Shown: positions 1-11,100 of the stretch, piece after piece
How positions within the stretch are numbered: the stretch's first letter is position 1
How the letters are laid out: the number at the start of each line of letters is the position of its first letter
Assembly (NCBI GenBank): GCA_963801605.1
Contig: CAWDFP010000011.1
Coordinates: 64,001 to 128,000 of the forward strand
Origin: an uncultured candidate division Zixibacteria bacterium
GTDB lineage: Bacteria > Zixibacteria > MSB-5A5 > UBA10806
Length of the DNA: 64,000 nucleotides
Reading direction: 5' to 3'
The notes under the pieces: model-generated
What the model was told of the DNA's origin: nothing
Databases searched by the model: none
Seen by the model: only the letters and a program-made list of their open reading frames with translations
Position numbers and translations under genes: made by a program

Positions 1-98
1 GATAGATATATAATTCAGGAAATAATTAAGGCCTTCGCGGGAGATCAATAGCGCGAAGGCCTTGTTACTGCGAGAGTAGAATTTATCTCGCTATCCGG

Positions 99-548
99 TT
101 ACCTCGAAGCCACCCCATTTTCCATATTTAGCATCAAGCTTTCAATCGATACCAACTGCTGGAATTTGGCAAGCTGATCCATTTCCAGAATAGAGCGAGC
201 CTGGATGATAGCTTCCATTTCGGCGGTTCTATAATCGGTTTCATACTTAAAGTATTCTTTAATCAAGCTGAGAACCGCGACGCTATTCATGTTGGTCCAG
301 TTGGATGTGAACTTCTCGATCTCGTTGAGCCTGATTCCAGATTGAAACTTAGCCTCATCCATTCTCTGCTGCGCCGTCTTTTGGATAATTTCAAGCTTCT
401 TTACCTGCGATGGGGTCAGGTTCAATGATGATTTATAATCGAGGATTTTTGAAATTTGTGTTCCCGGAGTCTGGCCGGCGTTGCTCGGGATGGCGGCCAA
501 CATATATCCCAGGAAAATCACTGCTGTAATTGCGATAACCTTTTTCAT
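99..548 (-). CDS. Secreted helical protein, Spy/CpxP-like (LTxxQ motif)
   Basis: Signal peptide MKKVIAITAVIFLG...NA; LNLTPSQ motif; AGGAGG RBS upstream; hairpin at about 30-61 downstream. Confidence 0.5.
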   Translation of the reverse strand: MKKVIAITAVIFLGYMLAAIPSNAGQTPGTQISKILDYKSSLNLTPSQVKKLEIIQKTAQQRMDEAKFQSGIRLNEIEKFTSNWTNMNSVAVLSLIKEYFKYETDYRTAEMEAIIQARSILEMDQLAKFQQLVSIESLMLNMENGVASR

Positions 549-886
549 CGCTGCCTCCTACTCTTTCAAACCTTTGCGGCTTTTATTTTTTTTCAAATAT
601 CTCAGAGAGCGAAGGGAGCTTCACTTATGTCCCGCGATAGTCAGTTTCGTTATTATTGAATTGCAGCCGATGACTATCGATTGCTCTTCTTAACTTTTAA
701 CTCTCACTATGAACTACGGAAATCGCAAGGCAGTGTTTCAAAAATTTACACAAACATTTATAAAGAAAAATAAATTTTTAGGGGAATAAAATAATTGAAA
801 CATTTGTAATATTAAAGATATCGATTACAACAAAAAATGGCGTCAGACCCTAAAGCCCGACGCCATAAAATAAAAGCGGAATTGAT

Positions 887-2263
887 TTACATATCGTCCA
901 CGGTTTTAATGGTAACAGTCCCCAGAGTTTTCAAGCTATCCTGTACTGCGGCGGCGTTGGAAACGATGGTGAAATCCATATTATCGGGATCGATATACTT
1001 CTGCGCGGCGCGAAGGATATCTGCCTTGGTTACCTTTTTGACATTCTTTGTGAAATCCTGAATGTAAGAAACGGGGAGATCGTAAATCTTGATCTTAATA
1101 ATTTCACTGGCGACCTGCGCGGGCGTCTCAAGGGTCATTGGATAATAACCCTCGTAGAAGTTAACGGCATCGGTATATTCGTTATCGGTAACTTCAGCCT
1201 GCCGAATCCCCTTAATTACTTTAAGCGAGGCGCGGATAGCGCTCATGGTGGAATCGTTTTCGGTGAAAGTGTTACAATAGAACGCGGCGGGATGCAGATT
1301 CCATTCGTTGGTGCTGCGAATATCGTAAGTCATGCCGCCCTTAACGCGAACCTCGTTGTTGAGACGCGAGGTAAAACCGACTCCCAGAATATAATTCATA
1401 AGGAGCATCGGATAATAATCAGGATTCTGGCGAGTGATGCCGAAATGTCCATAGCGGATATTTGTCTGGGTGACATCGGGTTTGTTAATGAGCAGAATAT
1501 TGTATCCTTTAGGCGCAGGAGGCATGGTCCAATCGAGGACCGGGATCGTGGCCTGTTTCCAATCTCCGAAAGCCTTGGAAATCTTGGGCAAAATCTCAGC
1601 CGGTTTGATATCTCCGGCGATCACCAGGAAAGCATTGTTGGGATGATAATAGGTATTGTAGAAACCGGTGATATCATCCCTGGTGATAGCCTTAACCGTC
1701 GGCTCAGTTCCCTCGCCCGGATGGCCGTAGGGGTTGTCGCCAAAGAGCATCTGATCGAAACCTCTGTCGCAGAGGGTGCCGGCATCATCTTTTGATTGCA
1801 CGATGCCGCTTAGCACCTCGTTTCTGTGACGTTCAATTTCGCTGGTATCAAATGCCGGATGCAGAATGATTTCGGAAAGTAGTCCCAGGCCCACATCGAA
1901 ATGCTTCAGTAACACATCGCAACTGGCGTTGGTAGCATCGCGATCGGCTCCGGCGCCCAGCGATCCGCCTACAAAATCAATCGCCTCGGCAATTTGCGTG
2001 GCGGTTTTGCCCTCAACGCCGTTTCGAAGCATGCTGGCGGTGAAATCGGCTAATCCGCCCTTTGCCAGGGGATCGTTAGCAGAGCCGGCTCTGATTACCA
2101 TCCTCATCGAGACAGTGGGAAGTTCGTGGTTTTCGATAGTCACCACCACCAGCCCGTTAGAAAGAGTGTCTTCGGTTATCGGAGGAAGCTTGACCTCGCT
2201 GGCATAAGCCCAGGTGAAACCGAAAAGAACCAGTATTATTATTAGGTATTTTTTCATAATCAC
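887..2263 (-). CDS. M16 (insulinase/pitrilysin) family protein, non-catalytic subunit
   Basis: M16 motifs (DTLSNGL, RAGSANDP, SRLNNEVR..GMTY) but HxxEH replaced by DFTAS; signal peptide; 4-bp overlap with upstream M16 gene. Confidence 0.85.
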   Translation of the reverse strand: MIMKKYLIIILVLFGFTWAYASEVKLPPITEDTLSNGLVVVTIENHELPTVSMRMVIRAGSANDPLAKGGLADFTASMLRNGVEGKTATQIAEAIDFVGGSLGAGADRDATNASCDVLLKHFDVGLGLLSEIILHPAFDTSEIERHRNEVLSGIVQSKDDAGTLCDRGFDQMLFGDNPYGHPGEGTEPTVKAITRDDITGFYNTYYHPNNAFLVIAGDIKPAEILPKISKAFGDWKQATIPVLDWTMPPAPKGYNILLINKPDVTQTNIRYGHFGITRQNPDYYPMLLMNYILGVGFTSRLNNEVRVKGGMTYDIRSTNEWNLHPAAFYCNTFTENDSTMSAIRASLKVIKGIRQAEVTDNEYTDAVNFYEGYYPMTLETPAQVASEIIKIKIYDLPVSYIQDFTKNVKKVTKADILRAAQKYIDPDNMDFTIVSNAAAVQDSLKTLGTVTIKTVDDM

Positions 2264-3612
2264 TTCCCTTCCCCGGCGTTAGGAGCGGCGGCTTTTTGTG
2301 GAGGCTTGGTGGGTATCAGGTTAATAACCGTCCGTCCATTTTCCGTCAAATACTTGTTGGCCACCCGCATGACGTCATCAGCAGTGACAGCCTGAATTTT
2401 GTCGGGATAGCTGTAAATATTGTTGTAATCATCAGTGCTTATCTGGAACGAGCCAACCTCGCTGGCGCGGCCCTCATTCGATTGCAGACCATTAATGAAA
2501 TCAGATTCCATCTGGTTTTTAGCTTTCTGAAGCTCATCGGCGGAGATCGGCTCCGTTTTCAAACGATCGATTTCCTCGAAAACTTCTTTTTTAATCGAAT
2601 CCATACTGGAACCGGGAGTAGCCTGCGCGGCAACGTAAAAGAGCGAGGGGTCATGCAGCACCATAGCGGCGCCCTCGACGAAGATCGCTTTCTGCTCGGC
2701 GTATACCAAGCGGTGATAGAGCCTCGACGACTCACCGTCGAAAAGCACTTTGCCCGCAACCTGTAAGGGAACGATATCGGCGTCCTTTCCTGCGGGGATT
2801 TTGTAACCCGCCATCATGGCGGGCAGTTGAGCGACTTTGTGGAAATCAATTCTTTTCTCGCCCTTTTGTTCCGGCTCCACGGTAGTTACGAGCGGGGCCG
2901 GAGGTTCGGCCTTGATTACGGCGTAAGATTTTTTAACTAGCTTCAGCGCCTCGACGGGATTGAAATCGCCGGCAATCACCAAAAAGCTGTTATTGGGAGC
3001 ATAATGGCTGCGGTAATAATCGAGGCTCTCTTGCAGAGTGATAGCGTCGATATCCGATCTGAAGCCGATCGGAAGCCATCTGTAGGGGTGCGCTACGAAG
3101 GCGTTATTGAAAAGCTGTTCATACATGGCGCCAAATGGCGAATTATCATATCGCCAGAGTCGTTCGTTGATGACCACGTTGCGTTCGGAATTCAAGTTGG
3201 CTTCGTTGATATCCAAATTGCGCGAGCGATCCGCTTCCAGTTCAACGGCGATAGCAAGCTTATCGGAGGGCATAACCTCATAGTAGGTAGTATTGTCAAA
3301 GGCGGTCCAGGCGTTATTTACGCCGCCGTTGCCGTTAACGAGGCGATCAAATTTGTCCTTGGGAAAATTTTTTGTGCCTTTGAACATCATGTGCTCGAAA
3401 AGATGCGAGATGCCGGTAATGCCCGGCCGCTCGTTTTTGCTCCCGGTTTTATACCAGACCTGTACGGTGACAGTGGGAGCGGAATGATCCGGTATAAGCA
3501 GCACCATCAGGCCGTTATCGAGCTGTTGCTTTTCGATGGGAAAAGCCAGCTCCGCGGCCGGAGCCGTTGCCGCAAAAATTAAAAAGAAAAGGACCGTCAA
3601 TCTCAGGGTCAT
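2260..3612 (-). CDS. M16 family zinc peptidase, catalytic subunit
   Basis: GSKNE..GITGISHLFEHMMFKG (HxxEH), NAWT..D.T.Y, ERNVVINER; signal peptide. Confidence 0.92.
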   Translation of the reverse strand: MTLRLTVLFFLIFAATAPAAELAFPIEKQQLDNGLMVLLIPDHSAPTVTVQVWYKTGSKNERPGITGISHLFEHMMFKGTKNFPKDKFDRLVNGNGGVNNAWTAFDNTTYYEVMPSDKLAIAVELEADRSRNLDINEANLNSERNVVINERLWRYDNSPFGAMYEQLFNNAFVAHPYRWLPIGFRSDIDAITLQESLDYYRSHYAPNNSFLVIAGDFNPVEALKLVKKSYAVIKAEPPAPLVTTVEPEQKGEKRIDFHKVAQLPAMMAGYKIPAGKDADIVPLQVAGKVLFDGESSRLYHRLVYAEQKAIFVEGAAMVLHDPSLFYVAAQATPGSSMDSIKKEVFEEIDRLKTEPISADELQKAKNQMESDFINGLQSNEGRASEVGSFQISTDDYNNIYSYPDKIQAVTADDVMRVANKYLTENGRTVINLIPTKPPQKAAAPNAGEGK

Positions 3613-3628
3613 TATTCTCCTCCGATTG

Positions 3629-6007
3629 TTATTTTATTTTTATTTCGTATTGTGGCTTGTAATAATATTCGCCATCGCCCGCTCGGCCCAGGATTGAACT
3701 AAGCTGGCTCTCAAGCGATGGCGTACTTATCGACGGCAAAAAAGAAACACTGTATACGGGAAATGTCTCCACCTCGATCCTGTCTTTGGGATCGATATGC
3801 GCTCTCTGGCGCGCCCGCTCGATAGCGTCATATATGCCGCCGTAATTATCAACCAATCCGAATTCCTTGGCTTGATGGCCAGTCCAGACGCGGCCCTGAG
3901 CAATGGCATCGATAGAATCGTAATCGATCTTTCGGCCCGCAGAGACCTTTTTCACAAAATCATCATAATACTCCCACATCAGGGTATCGATCAGAGCCAA
4001 CTCGCCGGTCGTTGCCGGACGGTTGCTCGCCCGGATATCGGCGTGTTCGCCCCTCTTAATTGTTTCGTTGCGAATTCCGATCTTTTCGTAAAACCCGGAA
4101 AGATCCACTTTGCCAACCACGACGCCAATCGATCCGGTGATTGTGCCCGGCGAGGCCAGTATCTCGTCTCCGGGGCAGGAGATATAATAACCGCCCGATG
4201 CTGCCACGCCGCCCATCGAAACTATCACGGGCTTTTTCGATTTGAGCAGCAATAGTTGCCTATAGATTTCCTCGGAGGCAAAAACATCCCCGCCCGGTGA
4301 ATTAACTCTGAAAACCACGGCTTGAATTGCGGGGTTTTCTCTAATCTGCTTAAGAGTCTTTCGAAGTGTCGTCGATCCGACTACCTTGCCTTCAAGGAGA
4401 CTGGTGCCGTTCTCGCCCTGCATGATCGACCCGTCAGCGTAAACGATAGCGATCTTCTTGGGCTCACTCCAACGAGGATTATAATCGGGAATATTATAAT
4501 AGTTATCCAGATCGATCTGGTCCGCAAATGGTCCGCCATTCTCAGACAGTTCATCATAATTTTTAAGATCATCGATTAAGCCGGCGTTATAAGCGTCCTG
4601 CGCAGAAAAAGGGCCGGAATCAATCAGGTTCCTCATCTTTTCAGGCGATACATTTCGGCTGGCGGCAATATCGTTGACAAACTGATCATAGAGATCGTCG
4701 AGCAGCCAGTTGATCTGTTCGCGGGCGGCATCAGAAAGGGCAGTATCGACGAAAGCGTCACCGAAAGTTTTATGCGGGCCGGTCGAGAGAATTTCGGCTC
4801 TGATCCCCAGTTTATCCATAGTCCCTTTATAGAAACGAGTCGTAGCGGCCAGGCCTTTGAGTTCAAGCAATCCCGATGGATTCATGATGATTTGGTCTGA
4901 AACCGAGGCCAGATAATATCCGAGATTACCAGTCTCGCCCATATAGGTCACTACTCTCTTGCCGTTATCGCGATATTCCTTTATGGCGTTTCGCAATTCC
5001 TGAACGCTGGCGAAATCCAGATTGACATCCTCGATATTCACAAGCAGGCTTTTGATATGAGGATCGCTCGCGCCGCGTTTGAGGTCTCGTATGACCGAAT
5101 AAAACGAGCGTTTGCCCGGTGCGAATATCGCCCGGCCCCTCGGCTCCTCAACGATATCGCTTTTCAAAACCATAGAGCCCGGTCGAGCGACACTGGCGAA
5201 ACCGGTGCGATACTCCTCAGCTTCCACCTCAAGATAATAGGACCCGCCGCTATAGTGGCTTTCTCTGAAGATTCTGGGTTGGATCCCGATGCTCGATTGC
5301 GAGAAATCGAAGGATAAATTAAAACGCCATTGTCCGTTGGTACGATAGTCACTAACGAACGACACCCCGTTGAACGGCCCCAGGGCCACTCGAAATATGC
5401 CGTTGGAATGCGAAATGGATTTTCCTTCGAGGAAAAGGCCATCGGCGGAGAAAGTGATTTTATCGCCAAAAGGACGAAGCCCCAGGCCGGGCTGGTAGAT
5501 GCGTTTTTGTTTGATTCCCCCAAGACGGGGTTCATTTAATTTGTCGACGACCAAACCCAGTGAGGCAAACGGTTTGGGGTGATATAACAAGCCAAGCTTC
5601 CAATCCTTTTTGCCCTTATATAAGACGTCGGCAGCGCCAAACCAGGCGTAGGAAACCCCGACATAAAAATTGGGAAGCATACGGTCACCCATGGCGAGCG
5701 TATATTTTCGTCTGAAGATATCGGTGGAATGATTGAGCCACTCTATCGAGAAGAAAGCGCCTCGAGACGCCAGCATCAAGCCATCGTTACCCTTGTAGGT
5801 GGAATCGGTGAAATCATGAGTATACTGCAAACCCATCGAATTCCAGAATCCGAGCGCCGCGGGATTTACAATTCCTGAAAGCGGGCGGTCAACCGTCGCC
5901 ACCGATTGTGATTGATAGTCGACTCCCGACAGGGGATCGATTTGCTGGGCATTGATGTTACTCAGGGAAAAAAGCAAAGCGATTAAGGTAATCGGAATGT
6001 ATTTCAT
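3629..6007 (-). CDS. sppA: Signal peptide peptidase SppA (S49) fused to an N-terminal predicted beta-barrel domain
   Basis: C-terminal tandem S49 domains (YYLASVSD; RVNSPGG, ASGGYYIS, TITGSIGV, GRVWTG); N-terminal ~260 aa with NPAALG and alternating aromatic strands. Confidence 0.85.
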   Translation of the reverse strand: MKYIPITLIALLFSLSNINAQQIDPLSGVDYQSQSVATVDRPLSGIVNPAALGFWNSMGLQYTHDFTDSTYKGNDGLMLASRGAFFSIEWLNHSTDIFRRKYTLAMGDRMLPNFYVGVSYAWFGAADVLYKGKKDWKLGLLYHPKPFASLGLVVDKLNEPRLGGIKQKRIYQPGLGLRPFGDKITFSADGLFLEGKSISHSNGIFRVALGPFNGVSFVSDYRTNGQWRFNLSFDFSQSSIGIQPRIFRESHYSGGSYYLEVEAEEYRTGFASVARPGSMVLKSDIVEEPRGRAIFAPGKRSFYSVIRDLKRGASDPHIKSLLVNIEDVNLDFASVQELRNAIKEYRDNGKRVVTYMGETGNLGYYLASVSDQIIMNPSGLLELKGLAATTRFYKGTMDKLGIRAEILSTGPHKTFGDAFVDTALSDAAREQINWLLDDLYDQFVNDIAASRNVSPEKMRNLIDSGPFSAQDAYNAGLIDDLKNYDELSENGGPFADQIDLDNYYNIPDYNPRWSEPKKIAIVYADGSIMQGENGTSLLEGKVVGSTTLRKTLKQIRENPAIQAVVFRVNSPGGDVFASEEIYRQLLLLKSKKPVIVSMGGVAASGGYYISCPGDEILASPGTITGSIGVVVGKVDLSGFYEKIGIRNETIKRGEHADIRASNRPATTGELALIDTLMWEYYDDFVKKVSAGRKIDYDSIDAIAQGRVWTGHQAKEFGLVDNYGGIYDAIERARQRAHIDPKDRIEVETFPVYSVSFLPSISTPSLESQLSSILGRAGDGEYYYKPQYEIKIK

Positions 6008-6069
6008 TTATGCTCCTTGATAAATTTCCGGGAGGAAAATACGCAGTCGAATGAGTGGAGGCAAGGGTT

Positions 6070-7212
6070 TTATCGGCCCTCGATTTCAATTGTGCCGATC
6101 CCGCTGACTTTCAGCTCTATGCGGCCTGCCCCGGCCCCCAGCGTGCCCTCCAGGCGGGTGGCATCGAGGAAAGTCGGCTTCACCGGCAGATCGGTGGTGT
6201 AGATTCGCCCGCCATCATCTACAGTTGCGGCAATTTGAGAGGAGGTGTTCGGCGGAATGGCGAGAACAATATTATTATAAGTGTTGAACATGAACAATTG
6301 GCTCTCGTCTTTGAGATCGAGTCCGGCTTTGATAGGGGAGTAGCTGGTTTCAAATCGGGATTGCCCCTGCGTCAAGATGCAATCATTAATATCGATAGGG
6401 CTGAAAGAAGTTTCGCAGATTATCTCGCCGGAGACATCATTAAGCGTGATGGGCGAGTAACTGGTCCTGAAAACTGCGGAGCTTCCCTTGGCCAGAATAT
6501 CCGTGGCTTTTATTGGCGAATAGGAGGTGTAAGCCTCGACTGGTCCCTGTATATTGGAAAGATCGATTGGCCCTCCGGTATTCTTAAAGATGGCGCTTCC
6601 CAGAGGCACATTAATATCAGTGGCTTTAATGATAGCGTAACGCGTTTCGGCTTTAATGCTGCCGGTGATATCCGTCAGATTAATCGCGGCGAAGGTGGTG
6701 GTCAGATCAAGCGGACCATTTATCTCGGCAATATCAAATTCGGAAAATCCGCATTGCATATCCATTCCGCCGAATGGTCCGCGGACCTCCAATTTCATAA
6801 ACTGCAACTGGCCCTCGATCCTCATTTTTTCGGGGAGCTGCACGATGATATCGAGTGAAACGTGATAATTGCTTCCCTCCCAGGGGGAATCGGATGGCGT
6901 CAGGATGGTCAGCACTGATCTATCCGTACCCGGTACCAGCCTGAGATCAATCAGGTCTATAAAACGCTGAGCCTGTGATTTGTTATCGGCCTCGGCCCAT
7001 TTTTTATAGGAGATATTAATTAGATTTTCGTCAGCGGGAATAATTTTGATATTGCCATTAAGATTTCGGCTGCCATGAATTTCAAACACCAACTTGCCAT
7101 CAGCCGAGGCGCTTAGTTGGCCGGTTTGTTCTACCGGTTCTCCGGCCGATGCCAATGAAACCGCGGCAAAGATTGCCAGCATACAAGTTATCGTTTCTCG
7201 AACCTTTCTCAT
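6070..7212 (-). CDS. DUF4097-like beta-strand repeat protein
   Basis: Signal peptide; repeated 'I.G.i...TsyspI' units. Confidence 0.7.
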   Translation of the reverse strand: MRKVRETITCMLAIFAAVSLASAGEPVEQTGQLSASADGKLVFEIHGSRNLNGNIKIIPADENLINISYKKWAEADNKSQAQRFIDLIDLRLVPGTDRSVLTILTPSDSPWEGSNYHVSLDIIVQLPEKMRIEGQLQFMKLEVRGPFGGMDMQCGFSEFDIAEINGPLDLTTTFAAINLTDITGSIKAETRYAIIKATDINVPLGSAIFKNTGGPIDLSNIQGPVEAYTSYSPIKATDILAKGSSAVFRTSYSPITLNDVSGEIICETSFSPIDINDCILTQGQSRFETSYSPIKAGLDLKDESQLFMFNTYNNIVLAIPPNTSSQIAATVDDGGRIYTTDLPVKPTFLDATRLEGTLGAGAGRIELKVSGIGTIEIEGR

Positions 7213-7256
7213 AATGGCTCCAGTTAATATACGATAACTTATGGCGGCTGTTGCAA

Positions 7257-8159
7257 CTAAAACTTTTCGATGCGCTTATTATATATGGCGGCGACCAGCA
7301 CCCGTCCCACCGCCTCCAGTGATTGCGGCGAGCATTTATCCGGTGTATCCTCGTGGGTGTGCCAATAAGGATAGTCGAAGTCTATGATATCTATGGCTTT
7401 GATGCCGCTCGACAGGAGGGGGATATGATCATCGGAAACAGAATGCTTTACCGAATCGATAAAGGCCGTTGAGCCAATCTCTTTGGCAACGCTCCAGATA
7501 TAATCGTTTATTTCGCCGGCGTAACGCTGCGAAATCGACTCGCGATATATTTGAAGGTCTTTATCTCCCACCATATCGAGTAATATTGCCATTCTGGGAC
7601 GATATCCTCCCAGATTTCGGGCAAAACGGGTGGAACCCAAAAACCAGCCCTTTTCTTCCCCGGCAAGCCCATAATCTTCACCATCGAATAAGACGATATC
7701 GACTCCCACTGGTGGTGGCTGCATGCTAAACAGACGGCCCATTTCAAGGAGGATTGCAACTCCCGAGGCGCCATCGTTTGCTCCGGGAATTGGTTGGTGA
7801 GCGAGGATCGAATCGGGGTCTTGATCGGCGCGCGGACGGCTGTCCCAATGGGCACAGAGCATAATACGTTTCTTCATTTTGGGATTATAGGAAGCTATTA
7901 CATTTGTCAATGAGAGAGTTTGTCCGCTGGAAGAATCTAAATAAGTAAAATTCTGTCTTTGACAAAGTTCGGTAGTGTTTTTTAGCCGGTCGAATAGATA
8001 TCCAAGCGCTTTTTCATGCGCCGGGCTATTGGGCACTCGGGGGCCAAAATCGCACTGCGCTACCAGGTCGTTATAAGCCCGAGTAGCGTCGAATTGCGGC
8101 GTTCCCCCGCAAGAGATAGTCAGAAAGGCGGTCGCTATCGCCGCTAATACGGTCCTCAG
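7257..8159 (-). CDS. M28 family metallo-enzyme, glutaminyl cyclase-like lipoprotein
   Basis: AHWDSRP, GANDGASG, FDGED, LLDMVG, DDHIP, YWHT..D motifs; frame stays open 41 codons upstream of the tracked GTG (8036) through a lipoprotein signal LRTVLAAIATAFLTISC. Confidence 0.85.
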   Translation of the reverse strand: MRTVLAAIATAFLTISCGGTPQFDATRAYNDLVAQCDFGPRVPNSPAHEKALGYLFDRLKNTTELCQRQNFTYLDSSSGQTLSLTNVIASYNPKMKKRIMLCAHWDSRPRADQDPDSILAHQPIPGANDGASGVAILLEMGRLFSMQPPPVGVDIVLFDGEDYGLAGEEKGWFLGSTRFARNLGGYRPRMAILLDMVGDKDLQIYRESISQRYAGEINDYIWSVAKEIGSTAFIDSVKHSVSDDHIPLLSSGIKAIDIIDFDYPYWHTHEDTPDKCSPQSLEAVGRVLVAAIYNKRIEKF

Positions 8160-11100
8160 AATCGAATCTCCGCGTTAATACCAAGTTCCCTGATATGATG
8201 CTTACGTTTCTGAATCTTATCGTTGGAATCGTCCCAGCGCGCTCTGAGACCGCCGGTGATGGCTTTGGAGAATTGATAATTAATACGGGGCTCAACTACG
8301 GTCTGAGAGCGGTTAACGTCCATTGATCTCGAACCGCCGGAGACAGATTCCGAGGTTGAGTTTTTCAAAGTTATATCGAGACTTATTGAAAGCTGGCTGT
8401 TGAATTTAACTCTCTTTAATAACGGCAGTTTCAAGCCTTTGGGGGCGCTAAAGCTATAGTTGAAAGACAACTTGATACTTTTATCGGTGCCGTAGGTATC
8501 ACGAATCGTCATACCCTCGCTTCTTAGATTTTGCGAGATATTTCGAATCAGATCGTAGCGCAGGCTACTTCTGACATTATTAAGGAAATTGATACTGATT
8601 GCCGCCAGAGGGGCCCATTGTTTGCCGGTGTCTCGTTTGTATAGTTCGCCGGTACTGGCGTCGCCGTTATTGTCAACTTTTTTAGAGTAGGATGTTTGCA
8701 GGGTGACGCCGTTGGAAACTTTTTTAAACAGCGATAATTTTTCCAGACCGGAAAGATTTACCTGAATATCCGGGAAGGTGACCGATTTTGTAAAAGTCGG
8801 AGTATTCGACGATAGCGTTTTGGTCTTTCGCATGCTATAGCCGCTATTGATATCGAGGCCATGGCCCGGCTGAAGCCCGGAATCCAATTGGTAATCATCG
8901 CTGAAAACCGATTGGTTTTGGCCGGCCAGACCTGACGTCGCCTTGGATCTGACGTTGGGGTCATTGATCAAGCCAAACATATATTGCCATGACGGTCTTC
9001 CAAGAAGCCCCTGGAGGGTCAGCTTTCTATCCTTCATGAATGACGCTTTGACAGGTTTGATAGCCCTGAAAAAGCCGGCAAAGCGCTGTAGCATCCAGGA
9101 TGGCGATCCAATTCCGGGGCCGGTTTTAGGCTCATCGAGCGAAGGCGCTTCGTCGCGCATTTTTTGAGCGTCAGTAGTATCTCCCTTGACCGGATTATCA
9201 CCTCCGCCGGGCAGATCGGGACGCTTGGGGGGAGTCGGAGTTGGCCGGTTGGGCGCTTTTATAAAAGAAAACAAGCTTTGCAGATTAAGCGTAACGTCAG
9301 TCTTAAATGTACCGCCCATCTGGGTAGCTCTGGTGGAATCGGGATTGCGGGTCAGATCGGAATTTTCCGCGTAGGTTGACGTGAAGGAGAATCTGTTTTC
9401 CAGGGGGTTGAATAACTTGGGCTGGAAACTGGATTCAAACCTTTGAGTGAACGATTCCTCCCGACCAAGTTTCAGTTTTGATGGGTTGATGCTGAGCTTG
9501 AATCGGTTCGGATCGCGTATATCTCTGGCGCTGGAAAGATTATATCCGGCGTGCAATGTCGAAAACAGATTCAGGGCGGTCGTGCCGTTAAGCGATAAAT
9601 CTTTCACGCGCGTGCTGGTGGTAATTCCTCGATAATTAAGGGTGCTGGATTTACTGCCATTGACCTCCCCGGTAAAACTAAGCTGAGTGGGAAGATAAAA
9701 TAGCTGGCTATTGTAAAATTTCGATGGCAGAAAAAGATATTTAGTCCAGAAAAATGGTTTGAATGACGGTTTTGCTTTGGGCGAAAGATCATAAGCTCCG
9801 GTACCTCTGTAGGTATCTCGTCGGTCTGAGGGGTTGGACGGAGATGTACCTTCGCTTCGACTGAAAGTATAGCCGGCCCTGATACGGTTCAGAGTCAAGT
9901 TCCAGAGCCAGTTATTGGTGGTACGATTGATAGATTCCGAAATGCTATAACTGAACGATTTGTTTTCGGTTTTCTCGATCTGCTGGGCTGCTGAATTGAG
10001 GATAATATCCGACCCCGGCTTGAGCCTTGGCAATGCCAGATTGCTTTGCCAGGAGACCGAAACAGGAATGGTCATTCCCAACGACGGCGGGAAAAATTTC
10101 TGAGGGTTGAGGTCAATTCTCAGGGCTTTACCGATACTCGTGGAGCCAACGGCTTTACCGGCGAGAGGCGTAAAATCGGCTCCGGTTCGGTTATAGTTCC
10201 CGCTGATTGTCATGAGATCCGAGAATCTGGCGGTAGCCTGAATTCGTCCGGCGAAATCGCTTTTGCGGCGTACGCCTGTAACTCTCATTTCGTCGATCCA
10301 GACCTCGCCGCTGTAAAGCTCCGTAGCCTGGCCGCCAACTTCCACTCCAACGATGAAAGTCTTTACCTGGGAGAGAGCCGGGTTGCCATGGATATGATAA
10401 TGGCCGTCGGTGGTGTCAGGCATCCAGGTGTTAGGAGCCGAATCGGGCTTGGGGGTTTTGAGCATCTCATATTTAAGCTCGGTGAGTTTGGCAAAGTCGA
10501 TATCTACCCAGTTATTCTGCGACCAGCCGGTATCGAGCACGGCTCTGTATTCATAATAATTCCGGGCATCCTGATCCTGGCTCAATCTTAGAAAGAATGT
10601 CAATTGTGCATCGCCGACTCTACCGGCGGTAATCGTATCCCCATGCACATACATCTTAAGATTCGAATATTGGGTGTAATCCTCGGGGGTATACAAATTC
10701 GTATAAGCGCCGCTGAGATGGCCGGATGCCAAATTTTGATAGGCCAGAACCAGCGACTGCTCTTTTTCTCTGATGCCGGTGCTGCGATCGAGATTTCCGG
10801 CCACTCCGGGAGGAGAATAATAACTGGAGTTTTCCTGAGTATTCTTGATCGTGATTTCGAATTTTTCCTCGGGCCGCAGCGTATCTCCGGCGGGGAATGC
10901 GATCGGCATCTCCAACCATCTATTGCCCACCAATTGAACTGATGCGATGGCCATTCTATGTGCCTTTTTGCCTCCGCCAAACCAGATTCGAGCGAAATTT
11001 ATCCTCTGGAAATCAGCGGATGTGCTGATGCCTCGGACTTTATATACGCTCGAATCCTGGAACGGAATCCTGAGAAGCTTCCAGCCGGTGCGAGTCGAAT

